A stretch of 57,912 bases of DNA from a bacterium (GCA_030700025.1 JAUYKI010000008.1:1-57912); one strand, 5' to 3'; positions 15,089 through 24,331 are shown, numbered from the stretch's first letter. Notes: generated by a model from the sequence alone, not told the origin. Made by a program: numbers and translations.

Positions 15089-16156
15089 TCAATCAGCGGG
15101 CGTGACTATTTTATCGTACCTGCGCTTCGCCATAAACGGCACAATTTCTTTACTTGATGGAAATTCTCCGACAAATTCTCGCCCAACATCTTGCAGTAAT
15201 TTTGCGCCGAGATTAGCCCTGTATTTTTTACTCAAACAAAGTTTATACCAATCATCTAGATCGTTAATGGTAATGACGCCTTGTATCCGCTCACTCCACC
15301 CAACTTGTTTGAGCAATGCCTCAATCGATTCTCGCTCGGTATCAACACAAACAATCACAATTCTGTCAGAAGTTATATCATCCGCGATATCTTCCATGAG
15401 TTCCGGGGTAAGCGTAAGATGCTTAACTTGAATTGCCGGACCAAAGTTAGCCCAAATGTCTAAACCTCTGTCTGAGGCATTTGTTACGCCGACGCGATAC
15501 AGTGCGGCGGGCGAAATAAGTCGAGTTTGCTTTGCGTCAATGCCAAGAACCATTTTAATAAACCTTTCAAAGTCCTTCAAAATTTCCTTATCTTTATTTC
15601 CAATCTCCAAAGTTACTTGCGCTTTCAACGCGCGGACTATTGTCGTAAAAAGAGCATAAACTAAAATTTCGTACATTTTATCTACGCTACGGCGCAACCC
15701 AGGCGTAGTTTGAAAAATAGAAACCAGCTTTTTGAGATCAAAGGTGTCCGGCGTTGATTTTCTGATATAGTCCTCAACTTCTCGAACCGATGAAAGGCGC
15801 GCTTCCAACGCTTTGTAAATATGTGCCTCAACAACACCCTTGCCTTTCCTATTTGTCTCGCCAAGTTTTACAAGCAATTCAGGCGGCATGGCGTTGGCTT
15901 CAAAAACATTGTCCTGATATTTTTGGCTTGAGGTGCTTCGCCGGCCAACCAAAAGCAAAGACACTTCGTCTCGCCAACGCTTGGAAATATTTCGGTATGA
16001 TTCTAAGTCGCTCAAATCCCAGCCCCGCTCTGTTCTGTGATGATACAAAATTTCGGCAATCTGAATTGGTTTATATAAATGAACACGCGATTTGCGTATT
16101 ACCAAGTCCAACGCTATTTTTGAAAGATTGCTTTTAGTGGGCATAAATTTTTTCAA
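15089..16156 (-). CDS. Type II restriction endonuclease partner of the m5C methyltransferase (family not determined)
   Basis: 355-aa ORF overlapping the MTase gene by 23 nt and followed by vsr. No motif could be assigned by eye. Confidence 0.55.
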   Translation of the reverse strand: MKKFMPTKSNLSKIALDLVIRKSRVHLYKPIQIAEILYHHRTERGWDLSDLESYRNISKRWRDEVSLLLVGRRSTSSQKYQDNVFEANAMPPELLVKLGETNRKGKGVVEAHIYKALEARLSSVREVEDYIRKSTPDTFDLKKLVSIFQTTPGLRRSVDKMYEILVYALFTTIVRALKAQVTLEIGNKDKEILKDFERFIKMVLGIDAKQTRLISPAALYRVGVTNASDRGLDIWANFGPAIQVKHLTLTPELMEDIADDITSDRIVIVCVDTERESIEALLKQVGWSERIQGVITINDLDDWYKLCLSKKYRANLGAKLLQDVGREFVGEFPSSKEIVPFMAKRRYDKIVTPAD

Positions 16157-17147
16157 TTTTTTCCTCTCTATTAAATAAATTTCTTTGTGCGGTCTTATGT
16201 AGTTGCGGTTTTTGATTCATCGCTTGCATCATCGCGCGCGCGACAGCCTCAATTTTCGGAATAACAACGCTATTGCCAGCTTGTTTTCTAACCTGTGTGT
16301 CAGGCACAACCATTTTGAAAGTATCGGGATAGCCCTGTAAGCGCAACATTTCTCTCGGCGTAAGACGCCTTTCTCCGTTTACCGTCAAATAATTATACGA
16401 GCCGTTGGCGCGCAAAGCGCAAGAAAAAGGATGTATGCCAAGATTGCCGCCTTTATTTTCATGCAATACAACAGGACGAACGGTAATCTTTTTGTTTTGC
16501 TCTTTTAACTTTCTTTCAAGTTTTTTACGGAAGTAGTCGCTTAAAAAATGTTTTTTATCAATCTGATCGTTCGGCTCCAAAATATTAGAAAGTGTTTTTG
16601 TTTCTGCCCCGTTTTTGGGAAATTCAAAAGGATAATTATCTTTGAAGCCGACAATCATTATTCGCTCTCTTTTTTGCGGAACACCGAAATCAAGCCCATT
16701 GAGAACCTTGTAATGAATAAAATATCCTAAATTTTCCAAATGCTCTAAAATAACTTTGAAAGTTTTACCCCCATCATGAGTGGTGAGCTGTTTTACATTT
16801 TCCAACAAAAACGCTTTCGGTTGTTTCGCTTTCAAAATTCTTTCAACATCAAAAAATAAAGTCCCGCGCGTGTCGGCAAATCCCAATTTATTGCCAATAA
16901 TACTAAACGCTTGGCAAGGAAAACCGCCAGTCAATATATCGTGATCTGGCACTTCATCGGCAACAACTTTCGTGATGTCCCCGAAAGGTTTTTCGCCAAA
17001 ATTTGCTTCGTACATGACTTGGCACGGCTCGTCCCATTCGGAAGTGAAAACGCACTTGCCACCAACTCGCTCAAAAGCGATACGGATACCGCCAATGCCC
17101 GCAAACAGGTCTATAAATTTGAATTTTTTACCATTTCTATTTGTCAT
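16134..17147 (-). CDS. dcm: DNA (cytosine-5)-methyltransferase
   Basis: FIDLFAGIGGIR (motif I), GGFPCQAFS (IV), ENV (VI), QKRERIMIVGF (VIII), GNSVVIP (X). Confidence 0.95.
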   Translation of the reverse strand: MTNRNGKKFKFIDLFAGIGGIRIAFERVGGKCVFTSEWDEPCQVMYEANFGEKPFGDITKVVADEVPDHDILTGGFPCQAFSIIGNKLGFADTRGTLFFDVERILKAKQPKAFLLENVKQLTTHDGGKTFKVILEHLENLGYFIHYKVLNGLDFGVPQKRERIMIVGFKDNYPFEFPKNGAETKTLSNILEPNDQIDKKHFLSDYFRKKLERKLKEQNKKITVRPVVLHENKGGNLGIHPFSCALRANGSYNYLTVNGERRLTPREMLRLQGYPDTFKMVVPDTQVRKQAGNSVVIPKIEAVARAMMQAMNQKPQLHKTAQRNLFNREEKIEKIYAH

Positions 17148-17216
17148 GGGTCTATTTTACCGAATCATTTTATTTATTCATAATACCCGATTTTGATAAA
17201 TTTTCCGCCACTAAAA

Positions 17217-17831
17217 CTATTTTTTATCTTGAGGTTCGTACTTCGTTTGATAACCAGTATCTTCTTTTGGCCTTAAAATATTAGGGAAATTAATATCTGC
17301 CTTAACATCAAAAGAAACCTTTTTAAATAATTGGAAAGTTTCGTATGGATCAGTAATGTGGCTAAGCGTATACGGAACATTTTCAGAATAAGCCGAGCTA
17401 TCTTTAGTTCCTGGATGCCCGATAATGCGATTGGCATAGATTGCAATACTGCCGGAATTCTTGCCAAAAATTTTATCCACAATACCGACATCCACCCTGG
17501 AGCTTTCTACCTTATCGTAATCTACAAAGTCAAAGTCTCTGCCGATTAATCCACTTTGTAAAATAACTCTTTTATCAGTAATCACATACCATATATTTTT
17601 ATAACTTAGCATCGAAATAAAGGGATTTATAAAGGCAATAAAAAAGCCGAAAGCGCCGAAAAAGATAGTGCCTAGGTTCCAAGATGGTTGGTTAAAAGCG
17701 AAAGCAATACCAATTAGAACTAATCCTACAAAGATTGAAATGAACATTTTGAAAAGGTATGGCAAAAACTGCGGTTGGTTTTGCCAGATAACTTTTTCAT
17801 TAGTATTTAAAACCTTATCTATTTCATACAT
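17217..17831 (-). CDS. Membrane protein with a bacterial PH (bPH_2/YdbS-like) domain
   Basis: Two TM helices followed by WYVITDKRVILQSGLIGRDFDFVDYDKV..SRVDVGIVDKIFG..GSI. Confidence 0.5.
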   Translation of the reverse strand: MYEIDKVLNTNEKVIWQNQPQFLPYLFKMFISIFVGLVLIGIAFAFNQPSWNLGTIFFGAFGFFIAFINPFISMLSYKNIWYVITDKRVILQSGLIGRDFDFVDYDKVESSRVDVGIVDKIFGKNSGSIAIYANRIIGHPGTKDSSAYSENVPYTLSHITDPYETFQLFKKVSFDVKADINFPNILRPKEDTGYQTKYEPQDKK

Positions 17832-18229
17832 ATGAAGTTATTATAACATAATTAATATTTATGATAAGATTAAGCCATGCAAAGAATTTTATGGGTGATT
17901 TTAATTATTGTTAGTTTTGCATCATTTCTTGGCATTGGGGTCGGCAAGTAAGGGCCCTCATTTGCATTTCAGTTATAAATTAGCCGGCTTTGATAAAAAT
18001 AATGGATATTTAGGATGTTCCAACCCCTCCGAGTATTTTGTTGGTAAAATAACATACATTTTAAATTAAGACATATTTTACGAGACACCACAAAAGTGTC
18101 TCATTTGTCTCATTTTAGCTTTAAAACAGCCCCGACCGAGACCCATCATGAGACAGCTCTAAAAAATGTTATAATTCCCTCTAAAAGGTTGGTCTCAGAC
18201 CGGAGAACACAGCCAATTAAAAATGCGTC

Positions 18230-18475
18230 ATGTTATATTACGTTTACATCTTAAAATGCGCAGATAAATCCTTATACGCCGGTTGCACTAATAATTTAGA
18301 AAAACGATTACAAGAGCACAATAAATCAAAACGCGGCGCGCACTATACAAAAATCCGCCGGCCGGTAAAATTAGTGTATTCGGAATCGTTCCGGACCCTT
18401 GGCAAGGCCCGGAAACGCGAAGCCGAGATTAAAAACTGGAACCGGAAGGAAAAATTAGCTTTAATTAAAAAATGA
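18230..18475 (+). CDS. GIY-YIG nuclease family protein (second small paralog)
   Basis: YYVYILKC.DKSLYAGCTNNLEKRLQEHN....GAHYT...RPVKLVYSESF....A.KREAEIK. Confidence 0.85.
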   Translation: MLYYVYILKCADKSLYAGCTNNLEKRLQEHNKSKRGAHYTKIRRPVKLVYSESFRTLGKARKREAEIKNWNRKEKLALIKK

Positions 18476-18717
18476 AAAAAGTATTTGCAGAAATAGGGCT
18501 TGGAAACGATACGTTTTTCTCAACGGAATTTGAAAAGGAGGGTACCGAATACAGAATTCCCAAATTTATACTTCCAACCGCAATACATGAAGTCTATTTT
18601 CGTTTTTGGTTATTCAAAAAGGTATTTATTCTGTCTACTGTAGATGGATTTAAAACGACGTCAAAAAGTAAAAATAACTTTAAAATTTTATTCGGCATTG
18701 GCGGCGAGACTAACTAA
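18472..18717 (+). CDS. Hypothetical protein
   Basis: ATGA start/stop overlap with the preceding gene. No motif. Confidence 0.4.
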   Translation: MKKVFAEIGLGNDTFFSTEFEKEGTEYRIPKFILPTAIHEVYFRFWLFKKVFILSTVDGFKTTSKSKNNFKILFGIGGETN

Positions 18718-18719
18718 GA

Positions 18720-19295
18720 ATGCTATCTAAAAATAAAACTTGCGAATGGCCATTAGGAGACGCTCAAATGGTCCAATATCACGATAAAGAATGGGGGGCG
18801 CCGGTTCATAACGACCGGAAAATATTTGAATTCTTGGTTTTAGAAAGCGCCCAAGCCGGATTATCCTGGAGAACTATTCTGCATAAGCGCCAGGGATATA
18901 AAAAGCTGTTCGCGAACTTTGACCACCGGAAAGTAGCGAGATTTGATCAGAAGCAGGTTTTGAAACTTTTGAAAAATCCTGCCATTATTAGGAATCGCCT
19001 AAAAATTGAATCAACCGTCAATAACGCGAAAAGATTTCTGGAAACGCAAAAAGAATTCGGAAGCTTCTCTAAATATATGTGGGGCTTTGTTGGCGGAAGG
19101 CCCATTGATGGAAAACGAAAAGCTTTGAAAAACATTCCGGTGATAACCAAGGAAGCCGAGCAATTCGCCCAAGATTTGAAAAAGAGGGGATTTAAATTCC
19201 TGGGGCCGACAGTGGTGTATGCCCACATGCAGGCAGTCGGAATGGCGAATGACCACATAACTGGCTGTTTCCGCTATCGCGAACTAAAAAAATAA
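18720..19295 (+). CDS. tag: DNA-3-methyladenine glycosylase I (Tag)
   Basis: C.W......YHD.EWG.PVHNDRK.FE.L.LE.AQAGLSW.TIL.KR..Y...F..F...VA........LL.N..IIRNR.KI. Confidence 0.9.
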   Translation: MLSKNKTCEWPLGDAQMVQYHDKEWGAPVHNDRKIFEFLVLESAQAGLSWRTILHKRQGYKKLFANFDHRKVARFDQKQVLKLLKNPAIIRNRLKIESTVNNAKRFLETQKEFGSFSKYMWGFVGGRPIDGKRKALKNIPVITKEAEQFAQDLKKRGFKFLGPTVVYAHMQAVGMANDHITGCFRYRELKK

Positions 19296-19311
19296 ATGGT
19301 AAAATTTAAAT

Positions 19312-19476
19312 ATGGGAGATAAACACTATATCTGCACCGGCGGATGCCTGGGCGTTTCGGATAAGCCGGGAGTTTGCCAGGCGCCAGATTGCCCGAAACA
19401 CGAACATCCCCTGGAACTCTGCAACTGCAAAGACGGAAAACACTATAACCGGCAAAATAAAAAATCTGCTAACTAG
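19312..19476 (+). CDS. Small Cys/His-rich protein (54 aa, below the ORF-track cutoff)
   Basis: MGDKHYICTGGCLGVSDKPGVCQAPDCPKHEHPLELCNCKDGKHY... has 7 Cys in CxxxC / Cx4C / CxC spacing and ends at a terminator hairpin. Confidence 0.5.
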   Translation: MGDKHYICTGGCLGVSDKPGVCQAPDCPKHEHPLELCNCKDGKHYNRQNKKSAN

Positions 19477-19489
19477 GGCAGATTTTTTA
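19457..19489. terminator. Bidirectional terminator between the Cys-rich ORF and the helicase gene
   Basis: AAAAAATCTGC-loop-GCAGATTTTTT. Confidence 0.7.
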
Positions 19490-20749
19490 TTTCCATCGAC
19501 GGCGGGGAAATCCGCCTCCACCGCTCCGGTGATGTCCGGTAAACGGCTTGCGGGGACCATGAAAACGCGGTTGAAACGGGCGTTGTCCTCCAAAGCCGGT
19601 TCTGGCTAGCGAAGGCGGGGGAGCCGGCATAGAGTCCGGCAATTTTCCCAACGGCAATGATTTTTTCAAAAATCTCTCCAGGTTCCTTAAATCCCCCTGC
19701 TGATCCGGCGTAATAAAAGAAACTGCGTGTCCGGTTGTACCAGCCCGGCCGGTCCGGCCAATGCGGTGCACGTAATCTTCAGCTTGCGGAGGCAAGTCAT
19801 AATTAATAACCACTTCAATATTCACGACATCAATTCCGCGGGAAGCAATGTCGGTGGCAACCAAAATCCGATAGCGTCCGGTTTTAAAACCCTCCAGAGC
19901 TTCTTTGCGCTGTCCCAAAGTCCGGTTGGAATGAAGTTCCGCGGCTGAATGGCGGGCATCGCGCAAATGGCGGACGATTTTTTTAGCGCCAAATTTAGTC
20001 CGGGTAAACACCAAAACCGATCCGCGGTAATCGTCCAGCAATTTATGCAAAAGCTGGGCTTTTTGTTCGCGGGAAACTATAAATCCTTCCTGGGTAACCG
20101 TAGCGGCGGCCGTGCCCGGCGGAGCAATTTCAATTTGCGTGGGCAAATGCATAAAAGTCTGCGCGATCTTGATAATGTCGGGCGGCATAGTGGCGGAAAA
20201 TAAAAGCGTCTGCCGCTGAACCGGAACGTGCTGAAGAATCCTTTTCAATTGAGGGGCAAAACCCATATCCAGCATCCGATCAGCTTCGTCTAAAACTAAA
20301 ATCTTAACTCCGGAAAAACTAAGCGTGCGCTGATTCAAATGGTCAATAATCCGGCCCGGCGTGCCAATAATAATATTCGGATTCCGATGAATGTCGGAAA
20401 TTTGCCGGCCCATAGACGCGCCGCCGATTAATACCGCGGTCCGGATGCCAAACGATATTCCAATTTGGCGGATGGCTTCTTCCACCTGAAGCGCCAATTC
20501 TCTAGTAGGCAAAACTACCAGCCCCATTCCTTTATTTTGAAGAAGATTTTGGATCATCGGAATGCCGAATGCCAAAGTTTTCCCAGTTCCAGTCTGGGCG
20601 ATGCCGACTAAATCCTGTCCGCTTAAGGCAATTGGAATAGACTGCGACTGAATTGGAGTAGGCTGAAAAAATTTATGCTTATTCAGCACGTCTAAAATAC
20701 CCGGGGCAATGCCCAGGCCGGAAAAGTTATTTGCGGGGGTTGGCATCAT
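19487..20749 (-). CDS. DEAD-box ATP-dependent RNA helicase with an RG-rich tail (start moved to MMPTPANN)
   Basis: F..PTPIQ (Q motif), AQTGTGKT, PTRELA, VLDEADRMLD, SAT, HRIGRTGR. Confidence 0.9.
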   Translation of the reverse strand: MMPTPANNFSGLGIAPGILDVLNKHKFFQPTPIQSQSIPIALSGQDLVGIAQTGTGKTLAFGIPMIQNLLQNKGMGLVVLPTRELALQVEEAIRQIGISFGIRTAVLIGGASMGRQISDIHRNPNIIIGTPGRIIDHLNQRTLSFSGVKILVLDEADRMLDMGFAPQLKRILQHVPVQRQTLLFSATMPPDIIKIAQTFMHLPTQIEIAPPGTAAATVTQEGFIVSREQKAQLLHKLLDDYRGSVLVFTRTKFGAKKIVRHLRDARHSAAELHSNRTLGQRKEALEGFKTGRYRILVATDIASRGIDVVNIEVVINYDLPPQAEDYVHRIGRTGRAGTTGHAVSFITPDQQGDLRNLERFLKKSLPLGKLPDSMPAPPPSLARTGFGGQRPFQPRFHGPRKPFTGHHRSGGGGFPRRRWK

Positions 20750-20815
20750 GTAGGCATAGTATAGCATAAAGTCCAATAAAATACTATACTTAAGCAAAAT
20801 TGGCAAGTAACACAC

Positions 20816-21784
20816 ATGCTTATTGATGATGTAAAAATTAGAATCAAGGCGGGCAACGGCGGAAACGGCGGGGTGGCTTTTAATAAAAATTTAATGAGTT
20901 TGGGTCCGGCGGGCGGAAGCGGAGGCCGCGGAGGCAGTATTTTTGCCGAAGGAGTTTCAGATTTAAGCACCTTAAGCCCGTTTCGCTACAAAAAAGAATT
21001 TCACGCGCAAGACGGCGAACACGGCCAAATGCAATTCCGCGACGGAAAAGACGGCCAAGATTTAATTTTTAAAATTCCCATCGGCACCATAGTGCATAAT
21101 TTAAATACTAATAAGGATGTAGAAATTACGAAAATAGGGGAACGAGTTTTACTGGCCCAGGCCGGACGCGGCGGAAAGGGAAACTTCCATTTCCGCTCTC
21201 CCCGCAATACTTCGCCGACCCAATTCAAACACGGCACGCCAGGGGAAGAATTTGAACTGCGCCTGGAACTGAAGCTTATTGCCGATGTCGGATTTGTGGG
21301 CTTTCCTAATGTAGGAAAATCCAGCTTACTAAATGAATTGACCCGAGCCCAAAGCAAGGTAGCTAATTACCCCTTTACCACGCTGGAACCAAATCTCGGA
21401 GTGTATTACGAACTAATCTTAGCGGACATTCCCGGGCTGATTGAGGGATCGTCCGCGGGCAAGGGGCTGGGCATAAAATTTTTACGCCACATTGAACGGA
21501 CTAAAATTCTTTTTCATTTTGTTTCCGCGGAATCGGAAGATCCGGTTAAGGATTATAAAACTATCCGGAAAGAGCTGGGGGATTATAATAAAGCCCTGCT
21601 TCAAAAATCCGAGCATCTTTTTTTGAGCAAGAGCGATATAACGTCTCCGGACGAAATAAAAAAGAAATTGGCAAAGCTTAAAAAGATAAATCCTGAAGCT
21701 CTGGCGATTTCCATACATGACGAAAAAAGCCTGGAAGCAGTAAAGAAAATCTTGAACCGTATCCAGAAGGAAAAATTTATTTAA
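20816..21784 (+). CDS. obg: GTPase Obg/CgtA
   Basis: Glycine-rich Obg fold (IRIKAGNGGNGGVAFNKN...GGSGGRGGSI), G1 GFPNVGKSSLL, G3 DIPGLIEG. Confidence 0.9.
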   Translation: MLIDDVKIRIKAGNGGNGGVAFNKNLMSLGPAGGSGGRGGSIFAEGVSDLSTLSPFRYKKEFHAQDGEHGQMQFRDGKDGQDLIFKIPIGTIVHNLNTNKDVEITKIGERVLLAQAGRGGKGNFHFRSPRNTSPTQFKHGTPGEEFELRLELKLIADVGFVGFPNVGKSSLLNELTRAQSKVANYPFTTLEPNLGVYYELILADIPGLIEGSSAGKGLGIKFLRHIERTKILFHFVSAESEDPVKDYKTIRKELGDYNKALLQKSEHLFLSKSDITSPDEIKKKLAKLKKINPEALAISIHDEKSLEAVKKILNRIQKEKFI

Positions 21785-21786
21785 GT

Positions 21787-22033
21787 AGAGAACCTCTTCT
21801 CCGTAGCGCGGGCCGAGGACTGAGCGGGCAGGGTGCCCCGCCTGCCTATTTCTTGGAAACAGAATAAATCAGCTCCAGCGGCTGATTTTTCTTCGCCCTC
21901 GGCGTATTTTGTGGTCCAAGCAAAATACGCCTGCGGGATGTTTCCCGAAATAGGCAGACGGGGCGAGCGAAGTCCGAAACCCAGTGAAAACTCACGCTGG
22001 GAGTTTGAGCGGTAGCGGGAGAAGAGGTTCTTT
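21787..22033 (+). repeat. ~247-nt long imperfect hairpin element carrying copy 2 of the ~90-nt repeat (core 21855..21945). Candidate structured RNA or MITE-like element
   Basis: Terminal inverted repeat AGAGAACCTCTTCTCC / GGAGAAGAGGTTCT. Inner stems are GCCTGCCTATTTC/GAAATAGGCAG and GGAAACA/TGTTTCC, enclosing two hairpins. Confidence 0.75.
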
Positions 22034-22043
22034 ATTTATAAAT

Positions 22044-22072
22044 AAAAAACCCGCCTTATCAGCGGGTTTTTT
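22044..22072. terminator. Bidirectional rho-independent terminator (3' of cspA)
   Basis: AAAAAACCCGC-CTTATCA-GCGGGTTTTTT. Confidence 0.75.
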
Positions 22073-22076
22073 ATGG

Positions 22077-22277
22077 TTACACTTTAGAAACGTTAGTTGC
22101 ATTAGGGCCTTTATCGCTCTGAGCAACTTCGAATTCTACTTGGTCTCCTTCTCTCAACTCATTAAACTGCACATTGCGCAATTCTTTTGAATGAAAGAAA
22201 AGGTCTTTATCGGCTCCCTCTCGAGAGATGAAGCCAAATCCGCGGTCGGTTAACCGGGCAATTTTTCCTCGTTCCAT
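22077..22277 (-). CDS. cspA: Cold-shock protein (CspA family)
   Basis: GKI.....RGFGFI (RNP1), DLFFH (RNP2), EGD.VEFEV. Confidence 0.9.
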   Translation of the reverse strand: MERGKIARLTDRGFGFISREGADKDLFFHSKELRNVQFNELREGDQVEFEVAQSDKGPNATNVSKV

Positions 22278-22356
22278 TTTAGTAGGTTGTTTGGTTAATT
22301 ATAAACTCGGCAATAGTAAAGTTGGACGACGCTCTCTTTGCGCGAAACTGTTATTC

Positions 22357-22386
22357 AGTATACACTACCCTTAACCTATTTGTCAA
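22357..22386 (-). promoter_or_regulatory. Candidate promoter for cspA
   Basis: On the minus strand TTGACA, 18 nt, TATACT. Predicts a 5' UTR of about 75 nt. Confidence 0.35.
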
Positions 22387-22388
22387 GT

Positions 22389-23636
22389 ATGCGCAAAACT
22401 AACGAAATTTACGACGTAATTGTCATCGGCGGGGGAGCATCCGGAATGATGGCGGCGGGAAGGGCCGGCGAACGGGGCAGGCGGGTTTTACTTTTGGAAA
22501 AAAACCGGAATCTCGGCGAAAAACTGAAAATAACCGGCGGGGGGCGCTGTAATATTACTAACGCCGAAGAAAATGAGCGGGTTCTGCTTTCCCATTACGG
22601 AAAAGCGGAGCCGTTTCTTTATTCGCCATTTTCCCAATTTGGAATGAAAGATACTTTTTCTTTTTTTGAATCCCAAAATTTGCCGCTGGTAGTCCAGGAG
22701 CGCAAACGCGCTTTTCCGAAAACCGAAAAAGCTGAAGATGTTTTTAAGGCGCTGGAAAAATACCTGCGAAAAGGAAACGTGGAAATTCTCTCTGATATGA
22801 AAGTAGGCGGAATGGCCGGATCCGGCGGGGCAATCAAAAAAATAATTGCCAATGGGCAGGAATTTTCCGCTTCTTCTTATATTCTGGCTACCGGGGGCAT
22901 TTCCCATCCGGAAACCGGATCTACCGGAGACGGCTTTTCCTGGCTTAAAAAATTAAGCCATAAAGTCCAAAGCCCAACCCCGACCATTGTTCCGCTCGCG
23001 GTTTCCGACCAATGGATAAAATCATTAGCCGGCGTATCTTTGCCGATGATGAAAATTACGTTTTTCCTGAACAACGAAAAAAAGTTCTCGCTAAAAGGCC
23101 CGGTGCTATTCACTCATTTCGGGCTTTCCGGACCGCTTATTTTAAATTCTGCGGGGAAAGTTTCCGATTTATTGCACGAAGGCGCAGTGACGGCCCTGAT
23201 TGACGCCTATCCGGACGCTGACCTCGGCTCGCTGGATAAGCAAATTACCAAAGTATTTGACGCCAATAAAAATAAAATGCCGAAAAATATCTTTAATGAA
23301 ATTACGCCCAAAGGAACTGCTAGCGCTATTTTATCTTTATTGAAAAACTTTAATTCCAATATAAAAGTGAATAGCGTTACTCAAAAGCAACGAAAAGAAA
23401 TCGTAAATCTTTTAAAAGCCCTGCCTGTTAACATTTCCGGATTAATGGGTTATGACCGGGCGGTTATTTCCGACGGGGGATTGGCGCTTGCCGAAGTAGA
23501 CACCAAAACTATGCGGTCCAAGCTTTATAAAAATCTTTATATTACCGGAGACTTGCTCCACATCAGCCGGCCCTCCGGCGGTTATTCCTTACAGCTTTGC
23601 TGGACCACCGGCTATGTTGCCGGAAGCCACGCTTAA
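22389..23636 (+). CDS. HI0933/BaiN-like NAD(P)/FAD-dependent flavoprotein (start moved to ATG 22389)
   Basis: [19 protein letters not shown]......[21 protein letters not shown]. Confidence 0.8.
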   Translation: MRKTNEIYDVIVIGGGASGMMAAGRAGERGRRVLLLEKNRNLGEKLKITGGGRCNITNAEENERVLLSHYGKAEPFLYSPFSQFGMKDTFSFFESQNLPLVVQERKRAFPKTEKAEDVFKALEKYLRKGNVEILSDMKVGGMAGSGGAIKKIIANGQEFSASSYILATGGISHPETGSTGDGFSWLKKLSHKVQSPTPTIVPLAVSDQWIKSLAGVSLPMMKITFFLNNEKKFSLKGPVLFTHFGLSGPLILNSAGKVSDLLHEGAVTALIDAYPDADLGSLDKQITKVFDANKNKMPKNIFNEITPKGTASAILSLLKNFNSNIKVNSVTQKQRKEIVNLLKALPVNISGLMGYDRAVISDGGLALAEVDTKTMRSKLYKNLYITGDLLHISRPSGGYSLQLCWTTGYVAGSHA

Positions 23637-24301
23637 GACAAGCCCTTAAAATTTTCTTCTACTTCTTTCCAATTGACTACGTTCCACCAAGCGGCAATGT
23701 AGTCAGGCCGTTTATTCTGATATTTCAAATAATAAGCGTGTTCCCAAGCGTCTAGTCCTAGAATCGGTTTTAGTCCCTGTGAAATGGGAGAGTCTTGATT
23801 TGAGGTAGTCAAGATTGTTAGTTTCGAATTTCGGGCTTCGGATTTCGGATTTTCGGTGACTAGCCATGCCCAGCCGGATCCGAATATGCCAGAAGCGGCC
23901 GCGGTAAATTGTTCTTTAAATTTTTCAAAACTGCCAAAAGTTTTAGTAATGGCTTCGGCTAATGTTCCGGTTGGTATTCCGCCTTTCGATGGATTCGACA
24001 AGCTCGCCACGGGCTGGCTCAGGGCTGGAGAACATAAAGTTCTCCAGAAAAAAGAATGATTAAAATGCCCACCTCCGTGATTCCGAACCGCAGTCCGGAT
24101 TTCTTGCGGAATCGCGTCTAAATTAACGAGTAGTTCTTCCAATGATTTTTCTTGCAATTCTGGATATTTTTCCAAAGCCATATTTAATTTATCCACATAA
24201 GCTTGGTGGTGTTTAGCGTGGTGGATTTCCATAGTCCGGGCGTCAATAAACGGCTCTAGCGCGTCATAGGAATAAAGCAATTTGGGGAGTTCAAATTTCA
24301 T
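23633..24301 (-). CDS. sod: Fe/Mn superoxide dismutase
   Basis: [31 protein letters not shown] and C-terminal D.WEHAYYL.Y.N.RP.Y. Confidence 0.9.
   Translation of the reverse strand: MKFELPKLLYSYDALEPFIDARTMEIHHAKHHQAYVDKLNMALEKYPELQEKSLEELLVNLDAIPQEIRTAVRNHGGGHFNHSFFWRTLCSPALSQPVASLSNPSKGGIPTGTLAEAITKTFGSFEKFKEQFTAAASGIFGSGWAWLVTENPKSEARNSKLTILTTSNQDSPISQGLKPILGLDAWEHAYYLKYQNKRPDYIAAWWNVVNWKEVEENFKGLS
23822..23856. repeat. Heptanucleotide tandem array (TTTCGRR-like, ~5 units) inside sod
   Basis: TTTCGAA TTTCGGG CTTCGGA TTTCGGA TTTTCGG, encoding [12 protein letters not shown]. Confidence 0.8.
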
Positions 24302-24331
24302 GTTATTATAATTATACTACGCTTAATTTCT

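Noticed and set aside
19306-19593. 95-aa minus-strand ORF overlapping the helicase 3' end and the tag-helicase spacer
   Set aside because: It overlaps the RG-rich tail of the DEAD-box gene out of frame and reads through a terminator hairpin. The plus-strand 54-aa Cys-rich ORF explains the spacer better.
21833-22015. Track ORFs 21833..22015 (+) and 45518..45721 (-) share the peptide KQNKSAPAADFSSPSAYFVVQAKYACGMF. This could suggest a repeated small protein
   Set aside because: The shared peptide is simply the translation of the ~90-nt hairpin repeat. The ORFs have no Shine-Dalgarno sequence, differ completely outside the repeat, and the third copy (17..106) has no equivalent ORF. They are treated as non-coding.
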